From positions 67,518,001 to 67,582,000 of the forward strand of contig OZ024744.1 of NCBI GenBank assembly GCA_964016885.1: a stretch of 64,000 nt of DNA, in the 5' to 3' direction. The position numbers and the translations under genes are program-made. Under the pieces are notes generated by a model that saw only the letters and a program-made list of their open reading frames with translations, was not told the origin of the DNA and did not search any database. The DNA is from Eledone cirrhosa (lineage: Eukaryota). Shown here one piece after another: positions 15,167-30,016 of the stretch (position 1 is its first letter; each line of letters begins with the position of its first letter).

Positions 15167-17690
15167 ATAATGGTTTCTTATATAGGTACAAGGCCAGCAA
15201 TTTTGGGAGAGGAAAAAGTCGATTAAATCGACGCCAGTGTGTGACTGGTACTTTATTTTATTGACCCTGTAAGCAGTGGCCTCGTTTGCATGAAAATATG
15301 AGGGTGACAAACCAACATTTGTTGATTCTTAAATAAGCATAAATTGCTTATGGTGCCTTTCCTGGACCCTATCACATAAGTAAACTTTTACGCTAATTAA
15401 ATTTTATATATTCAAATGAAGTTCAGATATAAAAAAAATAAGCTTAAAAAGAATTAATTATATCAAATAAACAAAAAATAAAACATAGACGTTTGAAAAA
15501 GTGGGAGACTTGTCCCCTGGTACCCCCCCCCCCCTGAAACAAGGCCCTTGCTCGTAAGAATGAAAGGCAAAGTTAACCTCGGCGGGATTTGAACTCAGAT
15601 CATAAAGGGCCGTAACTTTATGCTGCAAAGCATGTTGTCCGACGCTCTACCGATTCTGCAATCAACAGACAACAGTTGATCAACAAGATTCCAGACCTCA
15701 TTCACTTAATGAATAGGGTGGAGCTCATTAAATCATAATGAGGAAACAATGTTTCCATTGGTCTTTCCAATTACTAATACTGTCTCTCAGCCGCAACTCC
15801 AGGTAGAAGGAGCAATGTGAAATAAAGTGTCTTGCTCAAGGACATAACACATCACCCAGTCCGAGAATCGAACTCACAACCTTACAATTTCAAATCCAAT
15901 TCTCTAACCACTAAGCCACATGCCTTCGCAATATTATAATAATTGTTTCTACTTTTGGCACAAGGCCAGCAATTATTCCAGTACATTACTGGTACTTTAT
16001 TTTATCGATCTCGTAAGGATGAAAGGTAAAGTTGAACTCAATAATATCATAACATTATTAATATTCACTTTAAAAGTACCAGTACCAGTAATGCACTGGG
16101 TAATTGCTGGCCTTGTGCCAAAAGTAGAAACAATTATTAATATTCACTTTGTTTACAAGTTGTCAATTGTCAATTGTTTTCTCTCAGCTGCTGCTGGAAC
16201 AAGGATGACGCTGTCATCTATTATGTGCTGTTTTATGAGGCTGTTTACTTGTAAACAAACCGAATATTATGATATGGCAGTATCGGTAAAGCGTCAGACA
16301 TCATGCTTTGCAGCATAGAGTTATGGCCCTTTGTGTTCTGAGTTCAAATCCGCCGACGTTAACTTTGCCTTTCATACTTATGGTGTCAATAAAATAAAGT
16401 ATCAGTAATGCACTGGGATAATTGCTGGCCTTGTGCCAAAAGTATAAACAATCATTATAATAAATGGTGGCGAATTGGCAGTATCAGTAGTGGGTCGGAC
16501 ACCATGCTTTACAGCATAGAGTTACGGCCTTTTACTGCCTGAGTTCAAATCCTGCCAAGGTTAACTTTGCCTTTCATCCTTACAGGGTCAATAAAATAGA
16601 GTACCAGTAATGTACTTGGATAATTTCTGGCCTTGTGCCAAAAGTAGAAACAATTATTAACTCCTTCCTAGGCTCAACATTGCTTAACTTCGATGACTGG
16701 ACGAGAACCAGTGTTTTCTCTTCGGCCAATCCCTCATCAACTTTTTTCAAATTTCATCCTTACGGGGGTCGATAAAATAAAGTACCAATCACGCACTGGG
16801 GTCAATTTAATCGACTTTCCCCTCCCAAAAAATTGCTGGCCTTGTGCCTATATAAGAACCCATGGCATTGAGTTACAGCCCTTTATGTTCTGAGTTCAAA
16901 TCCCACCGAGTTAACTTTGTCTTTTATCCTTGCGGGATTGATAAAATTAAAAAAAACCAGTAATGCACTGGGATAATTGCTGGCCTTGTGCCAAAAGTAG
17001 AAACAATTATTTTAAAATTACTATTATTCTCTCACGAATACAAAAGCAGTAGAGTTATTTAAAATAAACTTAGCACTTTTTTTGCCCATATTTCTAGGTG
17101 TTTTGTTTAATTTTGGAAATAATAAAAAAAAATTGAGACATTTACGTAAATATCTTTTATATAATTAAATTGGTGTTTGGAGAACATAACATAAAATAAT
17201 AATGTTATGATTAGAGATCTTAACTTAATAAATAACATTATGATGAAAGGCCTTATCTTGATACATAATATTTTGATACACAATGCTAGAAGAAATAATG
17301 ATAGGACATCTTAATTTAATAAGATTTCTGAACATAAAAATAAAATAAGCTCTCATAGTTTAATACGGAATATGACTGCATCTTAATATATTGTTAGTAG
17401 ACAACATTATGAGGCGAGGTATTATCTCAATACATAACATTATGATGGAAGGTCTTAATACATAAATATTATGAGGAGGGGGTCTTAACTAAATAAATGG
17501 CATTATGGCAGTATCGGTAGAGGGTCGGGCGCCATGTTTTGAAGCATAGAGTTACCTCCCTTTATGATCTGAGTTCAAATCCCGCCGAGGTTCACTTTGC
17601 CTTTCATCCTTACGGGGTCGATAAAATAAAGTACCAGTGATGTACTGGGATAATTGCTGGCCTTGTGCCAAAAGTAGAAACAATTATTAA
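15167..17690. mobile_element. Cluster of family A SINE copies and fragments (approx. 15167-15270-, 15552-15660-, 15938-16040-, 16274-16460+, 16465-16660+, 16750-16860+, 16862-17010+, 17506-17690+)
   Basis: The SINE A consensus blocks recur throughout. Confidence 0.8.
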
Positions 17691-19820
17691 CATGAAAAGA
17701 GGTCTTAACTTTATAAATAGCATTATGAGGGTAGGTCTTAACTTAAAATGTATCATTATGATGAGAGGTCTTAATCTAATATATAACATGTGGAGAGGTA
17801 ATTAGTACAATACCTTATTAAGAGAGGTCTTAACTTAATAGATAATATTATGATTGGAGGTCCTAACTTAATATATAACATTATAAGGAGATGTCTTAAC
17901 TTAATATGATTGGAAGTCTTAACTTAATAGACACTATGAGGAGAGGTCTTAACTTCATAAATACCATTATAGGAAAGGTCTTAATTTAGTACAAAACATG
18001 AGGAGAGGTTTTAACTTAATACATAACATTATGATGAGAGGTCTTAACTTAATACATAAGTAATACACTGGGTAATTGCTGGCCTTGTGCCAAAAAGTAG
18101 AAACAATTATGATGAGAGGCCTTAACTTAATACATAACATTATGATGAGAGGTCTTAACTTAATACATAACATTATGATGAGAGGTCTTAACTTAATACA
18201 TAACATTATGATGAGAGGCCTTAACGTAATACATAACATTATCAGGAGAGGACTTAACATAATACATAACATTATCAGGAGAGGTCTTAACTTAATACAT
18301 ACCATTATGATGAGAGGTCTTAACTTAATACATAACATTATCAGGAGAGGCCTTAACGTAATACATAACAATATGATGAGAGGTCTTAACTTAATACATA
18401 ACATTATGATGAGAGGCCTTAACGTAATACATAACATTATCAGGAGAGGTCTTAACGTAATACATAACATTATCAGGAGAGCACTTAACATAATACATAA
18501 CATTATCAGGAGAGGTCTTAACTTAATACATAACATTATCAGGAGAGGTCTTAACGTAATACATAACATTATCAGGAGAGGTCTTAACGTAATACATAAC
18601 ATTATGATGAGAGGCCTTAACTTAATACATAACATTATCAGGAGAGGGCGGTGGATTGGCAATATCGGTAGAGGGTCGGACGCCATGCTTTCCAGCATAG
18701 TTACGTCCCTTTACGATCTGAGTTCAAATCCCGCCGAGGTTGACTTTGACTTTCATCCTTACGGGGTCGATAAAATAAAGTACCAGTAATGCACTGGATA
18801 ATTGCTGGCCTTGTGCCTAAAGTAGAAACAATTATCAGGAGAGGTCTTAACTTAATACATAACATTATCAGGAGAGGTCTTAACTTAATACATAACATTA
18901 TGATGAGAGGCCTTAACTTAATACATAACATTATGGTGAGGTGGATTGGCAGTATCGGTAGAGGGTCGGACGCCATGCTTTGAAGCATAGAGTTACATCT
19001 CTTTATGATCTGAGTTTAAATCCCGCCGAGGTTAATTTTACCTTTCATCCTTACGGGGTCGATAAAATAAAGTACCAGTAATGTACTGGGTAATTGCTGG
19101 CTTGTGCCAAAAGTAGTAACAATTATGATGAGAGGTCTTAACTTAATACATAACATTATGATGAGAGGTCTTAACTAAATGCATATTATTATCTTAGTAC
19201 ATATTATTAGGAGAGATCTTAATACATGATATTAGGGTCTTAATACATAAATTACATTGTGATGCGAGGTCTTAACTTAATACATAACATTATGATGAGA
19301 GGTCTTAACTAAATGCATATTATTATCTTAGTACATATTATTAGGAGAGATCTTAATACATGATATTAGGGTCTTAATACATAAATTGCATTGTGATGAG
19401 AGGTCTTAACTTAATACATAACATTATGAAGGGCAGTGGATTGACAGTATCACTACAGTGTCAGACAACATGCTTTGTAGCATAGAATTTACGTTCTGCG
19501 TTCAAATCCCACCAAGATTAGCTTTGCTTTTCATCCTTACGGGGTCAATAAAATAAAATACCACTAACACACTGGGGTTGATTTAATTGACTTTCCTTAC
19601 CACAAAAATTGTTGGCCTTGTGCCTAAATCAGAAACCATCATGATGAGAGGTTTTAACTTAATACATAACATTATGTTGAGAAGTCCCTTTACGATCTGA
19701 GTTCAAATCCCGCCGAGGTTGACTTTGCCTTTCATCCTTACCGGGTCGATAAAATAAAGTACCAGTAATGCACTGGGTAATTGCTGGCCTTGTGCCTAAA
19801 GTAGAAACAATTATGTTGAG
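17690..19820. repeat. 33-bp minisatellite (ATTATGATGAGAGGTCTTAACTTAATACATAAC) interleaved with family A SINEs (18646-18833, 18939-19125, 19430-19640, 19685-19812)
   Basis: 11-codon periodicity (NIMMRGLNLIH) in the ORF track. Units are homogeneous at 18107-18645 and degenerate at the flanks. Confidence 0.9.
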
Positions 19821-21385
19821 AAGTCACCACAAAAACAATAGCTATTTAAAAGAAACTTAGAACTTTTGTGATCCTATTTTTAGACGTCTCAAATTAATAT
19901 ATAATATTATAATGAGAGATCTCAACTTAGGAATAAAAACTTTAAAAGAAGACAATGAATGTGTGAGAAACTGAGCCAGGTTGGCCTTCAATGCCTTAGC
20001 AAAATGAAACGGAGTCAAATCTTCTAGGATATAAATAAAAGCCTATGCTTTTGGGATTATCACACACACACATCATATCAACAGTAAGATGTATTTTTCT
20101 GTTGCGTGACCAGCATTTTAAAAGGGTACTCTCAATTAAATCGTGTGAAACTATTTTGCTTGTTTGAGAGCTGATTGGAGGGAAGATGTGTGTGTAAACT
20201 TGTCTTCTACATCACCTTTCTTTATTTCCTTTTTCCAATCACTTCTAAGTGCCAACACACTTCTCCTTGTCCTCCTCTCCTTTCAGTCATGTCTATATTT
20301 CCTCTGCCTGTTACCCACTGTGGATTGTCTCTCTGTTGACCACTGGTCGCTGGTCTCTGTCCTCTGAGGAATTTTTGCCCATCACCGTCTTTGACAGCAT
20401 TTAGCTATTTTAACGGCTGTTCTAGAGACGAGTTTTCTCATTTTTATATGTATAAAAATATAGACACTTTTTAGAGAATAAATATGGAACTATTATAATT
20501 TAATACAAGATATAGAAGAAAGTATTGAAAATTCCCCTTACTTCAGAAGTGAAAAATAAATACTTCATTCTAAAAATACTTTATCTCTGTTCCACAGAAG
20601 CCGGCCATTGTTAACTAAGCTGACTTCATAGAAGAAACTGTTTGAAAGCCACTCAGATGGATTGTACTTGTTGTTCAATGAGCAACGATGTCACACACTT
20701 TGTCATGGTGAATCTCTCAAAGAAATATGTTAAGGGTACATGTGTCTGCTCCATTGATCAAACAACTGGAACACTCAACATCGAAACAGACAGAGATCTA
20801 TTTGTTTGTATGAAGAATTAGCTGTAAATAGTTTATTTGCATTGCTTTCATTCCAATATTAATGTTAATAAAAATACGGCCCTTGTCATTCTGAGTTCAA
20901 ATCCCGCCGAGGTTAACTTTGCCTTTCATCCTTACACGGGAGTCGATAAAATAAAGTACCAGTAATGTACTGGGTAATTGCTGGCCTTGAGCCAAAAGTA
21001 GAAACAATTAATGTTAGTAAAAATACATGCATGCACACATACATGCATAACACATATATACATACAGATGCACATTCATATATGCATACATATATAAATG
21101 CACATATATACATATATACATACATATATATATATACATACATACATACATACATACACACATACATACATACAGATGCACATACATACATGCATTCATA
21201 CACACATACATACATGCATACATACTCACATACACACAGATGCACATACATACATGTATTCATACATACATACATATATACATACAGATGCACATACATA
21301 CATTCATACATACATACATACATACATACATACATACATACATACATACATACATACATACATACATACATACATACATACATAC

Positions 21386-24300
21386 AATGGCGATCGTTGT
21401 GGTCAGTGTCCGATAATCGGACGTGTGTAATTACGGCTTACATGAAGGCAACTTACCATATATTGGAAAAAGTTGAGCTACATTACGCGGTAAGATTACA
21501 TGCAATAATTCTACATAAGTGTTTGAACTGTAAGTGTGTTGTAAAACACCTATTTATATGAACGATACATACACTTATGATATATGAACGATACATACAC
21601 TTTAACATATAAATGCAACGTTGTTATATTACATTTATACAGAAATATGCAAGTAACGTTTTCGATTCAGAAACAAAAAGGTGTTTGAACTGTGAATATG
21701 TTGTGAATAAGTTGTAGAACACCTATTTATATGAATGATACATAAACTTTAACATATAAATACAGCGTTGTTATATTATATTACATTCATAAAGAAATAT
21801 ACTAATTAACGGTTCTTTTTGTTCTCGATTCAAACGATTCAAGAACAACGTTTAAAATACAGTTGTAGAATTAAAAACTAACTGACAAGAAATATTACCC
21901 AAGCTGTGAATAACTTTAAATCTGATTCTGACAGAACTTTGTCGAAACTTTTAAAGAAGATCATCGACTATTTTGAAAAATAAATACGAAATATTAGTGA
22001 ATAGACGAACTCATCATGGCAAAAAGTACAAGTCTCCTTCGTCCAAATCGCAACTACAACCGTTGTATACAGTGGAGCTACGAGCTTAACAAAGAATTAT
22101 ATGAAGCATACAAACAATCTGAACCCCAAAAGTTCGATTTTATGCAAAGGCTAAAAACTTTATGGAACTCCAAACACCCAGAATAAGACTTTTCTCCAAA
22201 GCATTTATATGAACAGGCAAAACGTATCATTAGATGTAAATTGATACATCTAACGGAATTGAGTGATACTACAAATACAGCCCTTGTAGACAACCACCCC
22301 ACCTCCACTGACAGACAAAGAGAATGGCCAGCTAAATCTAACAGTGAACAGCTCACCAACAATTTTGCTGAAATCCATCCCACTTCCACTGAAGACCAGC
22401 GAGAAAAGTCAGCTAACTCTAGTAGTAATTTTCACCACATCAACAACGAGGCTGAAATTCATAACTCTACTGTACAAACAGAACACCAAAAACTTGTGGA
22501 CACCTTACAAGTGATATGGGATGATATGTTTCAAGAGATAGACTGCCTTAATGTGGGTGACAGACCATACAACACCAGAATCAGTAAAGAACCCACTAAA
22601 TTGGAATTGGAAGCGGTGAACGAAATAGCTGGCAATTATCTGATGGCTATACGATCTAAAGGTGTAGAAACGACATTTGAAACGCTTAATATTTTGTTAT
22701 ATGTTTCAGCTGTCACATTGCTATCATATAACACACATCTAAAACCACGCAATCAAGATACAAACAGAAAGCCTGAACCAGCGTGGATGCGAAATTTAAA
22801 AAGCAAAATTTTGTCCCTGAGACGAAGTATCTCACACATCGCAGTCGTTATGAAATGCAACATAGAGAGCAACTTCACACGACACTAGGAAGACCTAAAA
22901 AAAAGTTAGAGAGACGATTTGGAGATACAAAATTTAAAACTTTGAACTCCAAATTACACCAGTTGAAACAACAACTCACAGCTACAACAGAAAGACTAAA
23001 ATATAAGTCAACAGCACATAAACGACAAGTGCTAAATAGATTGTTTGCCAGAGATCCTAAATCAGTTTATCGCAGCTTCGGTGGCAAAAGCTCAATCCCT
23101 GTAAATGACACCCCTTCAAAAGAACAGGTTGAGAGCTACTGGAGATCTGTATGGGAAACGGATGACGGATTCAACAGACAAACTAATTGGCTAAAAGAAC
23201 TGGAACAGGATTACTGCCATGTCCAGACAAAACAATATGACATAGACCGGTCAATACTGGAAACAGCTCTACAGAAAATGTCGAATAGGAAATCACCAGG
23301 CCCAGACATCATTACAGGATACTGGTTGAAGAATTTCACTTTCTATCGGCAAGATCTCATACGGCTATTTACAGAAACCATTAAAGGCACACAAGAACTG
23401 CCCAGATGGTTATCAACTGCCACTACTCTCCTCATTCCCCAAAATAGCCAAACCACCCTTGCTAAAAATTACCGCCCAATAGCCTGCCAAAACATCATGT
23501 ATAAATTATATACTGGGTGCCTTAACTTGTTCTTACAGGATCACTGTGCTACCAACAACATCATAACACCTGAACAAGCTGGTGGAAAAATGGAGGTGTG
23601 GGGTTGCATAGATCACCTACTAACTAATAATATGATTCAGGAAAAAAAAAACAAAGAATCGCAGAAACATGACTGTGGTGTGGCTGGACTATCAAAAATC
23701 ATTTGATAGTGTACCTCATGGGTGGATTATTAAGGCTTTACAGTTAGCCAGAGTCCCACAACCATTGGTAGCTGCTGTTGAATGCCTGACCAAGAACTGG
23801 TACACCAATTTGATCCTTAGAGGTGAGAAGGAGCAAGTTAAGACTGATAAGATACATTACCAGAAGGGCATCTTTCTGGGTGATAGCTTGTCAGTGCTAC
23901 TCTTCGTTCTCTCACTGAATCCACTATCTTACCTACTCAGGAAACAAGGTGGACAAAGAATTAGGTCCAGAAGTATCTCCCATCTTTTCTTTGTTGATGA
24001 CCTGAAGTTGTCTGGGCCAAATATCAATGCCATCAAGAAACAATTGGACTTCATTACACAATTTTCAACAGACATCAAAATGAAATTTGGTGAGTCCAAG
24101 TGTGCATATTTGGCAGTAAAACGTGGAAAAGCTGTGCCCTCCTCTAGAAATCTAGAGATGAACGGCCTGACAATACAACCTCTACAGATATCTTGGACAG
24201 GATGAGAATGTCAGATATGATGGACCCATAAATAAGGAGAGAACCAGAACTAAATACCTCAGAAGAGAAAAAGAAAATATGGTCATCAGAACTGTCAGCG

Positions 24301-25587
24301 TACAACAAATACATTGCCCACAATACTTATGCTGTGCCAATTCTAACGCCAACATTTGGGCTGCTGAACTGGTCATTGCAAGAACTAAGTGAGATGGATG
24401 TTAGAACTCGCAAACTTCTCAGTGTTACTGGGAACTTTAACATCAATGGTGATGTGGATAGGCTATACTTCTCACGCAAGGAAGGTGGCCGGGGTCTAAA
24501 ATCAATATTAACAACATATGATACCCGGATAGTAACACTGAAGCAACACCTTCAACAGAGGAAAAAGGTTGGCAACCATCTTGCCCAGGTTTATGAGCAT
24601 AAAAAAAAATATCATTAGAATAGCGACTGATCTGGAGGAGAGATATGGAATAAAGCCTGATATAAATCTCTCACCCAGAGAAATCGGAAGATCCTATTCA
24701 ATGTTAAAACAAGATGAAAAAATTGACCAATTTACAGAAAAAGTTGTGCATGGATACTTTAGGCGTAAAACACAGACCATAGAGGGGATAAACCACTCAA
24801 AAAGCCTGGCATGGAGTTCCGACAAGTTTATGACATCACACCTTGAGGGATATCTCTATGCAATACAGGAACAAGAACTCCCTACCAAATATCTGTTGCA
24901 CAAAAGGGGAGGGCCAGCAGCTGACAATAAATGTAGGCTATGTAAAACAAAGATCGAGGATGTAAGCCACATTGTTGCCAGCTGCGAAAGAATGTCGTCT
25001 CGCTACTACCTCCCCATGAGACACGATGGGATAGCTAGAACCATCTGGAACGCACTTCGGAAAACAAAATTAACAACAAACGAGGAAGAATATATTGAGA
25101 CAGATGGCACTAAGGAATACTGGTGGAACCTGAAAATAAAAACTGCCACCAAATTAAAGCACAACCGGCCTGATATTGTTGTTTGGGACCACACATTGAA
25201 AACGTGTTCTGTTGTGGAGATCAGCTGCCCACTTGATGTAAACGTTGTCAGAAAAATACAGGAAAAGGAGGACATCTACGGACCATTGATGAGGAGTTTA
25301 CAAATCCAGTATCCTAGATACACCTTTAGCTTCATACCCATCATTATTGGAGCTACGGGTTATATACCAACCCGCTTGGACAAAAGTATGACTGAACTTG
25401 GATTTGCGGACAAAAAGCGCAGCTCCCTAATTCATAGCCTACAAATGGCTGCGATAGCTGGCACCTTCAAAATTTGCAAAACATTCTTGCGATTCAAGGG
25501 ATGACAATTTCTTTTCTTTTACAACCTTGCCACCAGGAAGGTGGCCGGTCAAAAAAAATATACTCGAAATTAAGAGAAAGAGATAAC
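21386..25587 (+). mobile_element. R4/Dong-type (RLE) non-LTR retrotransposon, probably near full length and disrupted; ORF from ~22016 to 25504
   Basis: RT motifs KSPGPD, NYRPIAC, WLDYQKSFDSVPH, GDSLS and FVDDLKL; CCHC CRLCKTKIEDVSHIVASC; RHD; RLE RPDIVV..VEISCP. Flanked on both sides by (CATA)n. Confidence 0.9.
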
Positions 25588-26156
25588 ATACATACATACA
25601 TATATACATACATGTGTTTATAGTTTGAGTGTATGTTATCTTAAAGATCCCACTGTTGTGTAATACTCTATAAGATTTGTACCTACTTCTTTGCTGCATA
25701 TCAATCACAGTAATGTCTTTGATAACAGCAGCGTTTTATCTCCTTTCCTGCTCATTAAAACTGCAGTCTTTTCTAGGTTTACTCTGAGCCCATTTCAGTT
25801 CTTGCAGTTATCTCACTCTGAAGAGTGCATCAGAGGTAGCCGGTCAAATCTGAACATTTTACACCTGCTTTTTCATGATGACATGGATTGGTCAAGACAT
25901 TTTGAGGCAGTATTCTCAAGTCCGAAGATCTCTCTAATGCTAAACCTTTCTTTTTTTTAAGACACACATTTTTTGTTTTGAGTCACTGGAAATATTGCTA
26001 GAAATAGTAGTCAATTATCTCTCTCAGTTAGAAGACATTGGACAGTGTAGTCTTAGATACATTGTGTATGAATTAAAAACAGGATAAAACATATTTGATC
26101 ATAGTCTGTGAGATGAGAACTGATCTAAAGCATAAATTACTGGTGCCTGCACTTTC

Positions 26157-26344
26157 CGAGAGTCAGCTGAAAAGTTCATAGACTGACTATGAAGAGCTGT
26201 GAAATCTTGCATGCATTAATTTCAACTCTTCTGATTAATAACTGCATTGTTTCTTTCCAGGTACACTGTTGAAAAATAAACCTCATTTGGTCATTCCATG
26301 AGAGTATCTTGGTCAGCCAATGAATTTTTCAACTGACCCTCATA
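26157..26344. mobile_element. Tc1/mariner-type MITE; second partial copy at ~52367-52543
   Basis: Imperfect TIRs CGAGAGTCAGCTGAAAAGTTCAT / ATGAATTTTTCAACTGACCCTCATA, and an internal sequence shared with the second copy. Confidence 0.6.
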
Positions 26345-26448
26345 TGTGGATCCCTGGAAAAATCCAATGCTTGTCTAAAACAATGTATTCATGACAATGG
26401 TTGCAACTGTAGTGGACTGCTGTCTGATTCATGTCAATTCTTGCTTTA

Positions 26449-26977
26449 TTAACCCTTTATCATTTACATTACTCTATATTTACTATTGTATTTTCATGTT
26501 AAAGGCTTTATCTTACATATTTATCTCACATAATAACAAATCTATGAGATTTTGATATTATTTATTTTAGGAACAATACCTTAGCGTTAGTATGAGTGGC
26601 CAGTAATGGCCAGTTTGAACAGAAAGTGAGAGAATTTTGGCTGGCTATGGCCTTTTTAAATGCTACAGGGTTAAGGTCAATATTTTGCTAATTTTCATCA
26701 ACTTCAACATCTACATAAAAAAGGTGCCAAAATATCTGAAGTGACTCTTTTACAATGAAACAGTGTTGACCAAGTTTTTTAAGGCATTACTCTATATTTA
26801 CTATTGTATTTTCACAGTAAAGGCTTTACCTCACATAATATCAAATCTATGAGATTTTGATATTATTTATTTTGAGAACAATACCTTAACATCAGTATGA
26901 CTAGTTACAGCCAGTTTGAACATAAACAGGTGCAGGAATCTAACCGGATACGGTCGGTTTAACTGTTAACGGGTTAA
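26449..26977. mobile_element. piggyBac-type (TTAA-CCC...GGG-TTAA) MITE copies, ~210-230 bp; further copies at ~51114-51327, 51490-51716, 61999-62230, 62245-62437
   Basis: Ends TTAACCCTTT and AGGGTTAA, with a shared internal sequence (ATCTATGAGATTTTGATATTATTTATTTT). Confidence 0.7.
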
Positions 26978-27467
26978 ACTAATTCAAAACAACTGTATAT
27001 ATTTGTGTGTATATTCATATATATGTCAAAAAATTATGTGACAAAACAATTGCTGAAAAAAAATGAGGGGAGGGGTTTAGGCTTACATTTAAGGTCAATA
27101 TTTTTCTAATTTTCATCAACTTCAACATCTACATAAAAAAAAGGTGCCAAAATATCTGAAATGATTGTTTTACAATGAAACAGTGTTTACCAAGTTCTTT
27201 AAGGCACATGTTTCATTCAATTTGTATGTTATAGTCAGAATATAGTGCTATTGTTGTCTGCTAAAAAGAAATAAACATACATTTGAGAAATTTGTTGAAA
27301 GTTTATAAAATGGATGAAATGATAAAAAATCATTTATGTAATGGAGATGTGAAACAAAAACTATATTTTAAACAACACTTAAAAACATTTTAGTTATCAA
27401 AATATTAGAACTTCATCAACAATATTCTCCACTCTTGGGAATTTGCAAACATTGTACCAGCTAAACA

Positions 27468-28168
27468 TAATTATTTCTACTTTAGGCACAAGGCCAGTAA
27501 TTTTGGGGTAGGAGAAAGTCGATTAAATCAACTCCAGTGTATTACTGGTACTTTATTGTATCGACCCTGTAAGGATGAAAGTTAAAGCTAACCTTAGCAG
27601 GATTTGGACTCAGATCATAAAGGGCCATAACTCTATGCCATTCAACATGTTGTCTGACGCTCTACCAATTACTGAACATATTGATTAGCTGCCTTAACTT
27701 ATAAGGCATACAATAGAGTTGGGGTGATTATATTTAGATCAGCTTACACATGAGTATATATGGTGTATTATAATTGTTTCTACTTTTGACACAAGGCCAG
27801 CAATTACCCAGTACATTACTGGTACTTTATTTTATCGACTCCATAAGGATGAAAGGCAAAGTTAACCTTGGCGGGATTTGAACTCAGATCATAAAGGGCC
27901 ATAACTCTATGCTTTAAAGCAGGGTGTCCGACTCCCTACCGATACTGCCAATCCACCGCCTTTTACGGTGTATTATAATTGTTTCTACTTTTGGTACAAG
28001 GCCAGCAATTATCCCAGTGTATTACTGGTACTTTATTTTATCGACCCCGTAAGGATGAAAGGCAAAGTTGACCTCGGCGGGATTTGAACTCAGATCATAA
28101 AGGGCCATAACTCTATGCTTCAAAGCATGGTGTCCGACTCTCTACCAATACTGCCAATCCACCGCCCT
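27468..28168 (-). mobile_element. Three family A SINE copies in the same orientation (27468-27668, 27770-27960, 27977-28168)
   Basis: SINE A consensus on the - strand. Confidence 0.85.
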
Positions 28169-30016
28169 ATATGGTGTATTTTAATGTTGAGTAAAATGCC
28201 TTGCAGTATTTGTTCTGGCTCTCTGTGTTCTGAGCTTAAATCCTGTTGAGGTCAACTCTACTTTTCATCCTTTCAAGATAAAAAAAAAATAATAAATACT
28301 AGTCCAGTACTGGGGTGAATTCTTTCTCTATATATATCTTTCTCTCTTCCTCTTTTTCTCTCTCTTTCTCTCCTTCTCTGGAAGAGCAGATGGGCTCTAC
28401 CAGATTTAATGTACTCGAGACACACTGCATGCCTCGGTGGTTCCGTATGACTCCATTAGGAGTTACAAGTCTAAAGAAAAGCATGTCACTGAAATAATAT
28501 TGGTAGTCTCCATTGACTTACATAAGCTCATCATTTGGAAGCATCTATCAGAGCAACATATATCAAATATGAAGCAATACCTTAGCTCAAAAAATCTCTT
28601 GCTGTCTTTAAACTATTCCTAAATGTAACAAACTACAAGAAGAGCCCAACCTCAGAGAACTATATATATATATATTGCCGTACATCGGGCAGAATCCAGT
28701 CAGCTCATATACACTTCTGTTCTCAACAGCCATACACAAGTTGAAAATCAGTTAGGTGAAACACATGTCCTCGGGTATGGTTTGTTAACTTATTGTGGAA
28801 CTAACTCTATACGGAACTCGTTGTCTGAACTGAGTGTTCCACTTATTTCAGATATAACCTCCCGTTTTTTTTACCACAATATATATATATATATGAAAAG
28901 ATTCAGGACCCCGACGGCTGAGCTCCAGCCATTTCGACAGCTAGATACGGGCATACAGTCAAAGCAAATATATCTTTAAAGTGTGTTTTTTTGTTTGTTT
29001 TTTTCCAGGAGTGGTCAGTGATGTGGGGAGCAGCGTATACCTTAGATCAAAGGTTCTGAACGGAGGGGGGGGGGGGCATTTCGGAGCTCATGGGGGAGGG
29101 GACGTTTGTGAGCAAGGAGGCGTTAGAGGGGCGTTTGAAGCTTTGAGCGGCGCTAGGCTATTTACTTAGGCAAGTTTTATAAGCCATATGTGTACGTCTC
29201 TGAGACAGCCAGTGTGAATGCATTTGAATGAAGACAACGAAGAAAATAAATAAAAGAAGCTCTCAACGAATTCCCTAGAGAGATAAAAGAAAAACAAAAG
29301 AAATAAAAGAAAATGAAAATAAGGACAACGTCAACTTTTACAGCAGTTACAAGAACAACAGAAACAACAAGAAAAAGAAGCAATGGTGATGAAAGGTGTG
29401 GGTGTATACATATACATACATACAATCATACACACATATGCATACGTACATACATATATGATGGCTGCCTCCTCCTTTAACGAATACGGCCATTGCATGA
29501 TATCCCATTATTAATAATTATTAATTAATTCTATCATGCAATGCCTGTACGTGAAGATATTTTTTTAAAGTGAGGAAAGACTGAGCACTGAGCCAATCCC
29601 ACTCTCTGAGCGACAGTAGCTATAACCCGAAAAGAAGAAAAGATCAACATCTTCGGTAACTACTGAGCCGCAGGTTTTATGTCGGAGTTATCCCAGTTTC
29701 TTGAGTTGCCTTCTTCTAGAAAAATACCCTAGCATAGGCTAGGGGTCCTTCACTCCCAGTGGTTTAACCGCGCGATCGGGTGTTCAGCCCGACTATTTCT
29801 ATGTCCCCGCGTATATATACACACATACACCCATGTATATACACATATACATACATATGTACATGTGTATATACATATTTACACACCTTTGGATGGCCGT
29901 TGACTCTTCTAAGTTCTTCCGCCCTTATACATACATACATACATACATACATACATACATACATACATACATACATACATACATACATACTTTCATACAT
30001 ACATACATACATACAT

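Noticed and set aside
17967-18789. Long overlapping ORFs (243 aa on -, 237 aa on +)
   Set aside because: They are by-products of a stop-free 33-bp minisatellite and run into SINE sequence.
17690-19430. CRISPR-like regular repeats (also 53416-53582 and 62830-63090)
   Set aside because: The units are head-to-tail with no unique spacers, the context is eukaryotic, and there are no cas genes.
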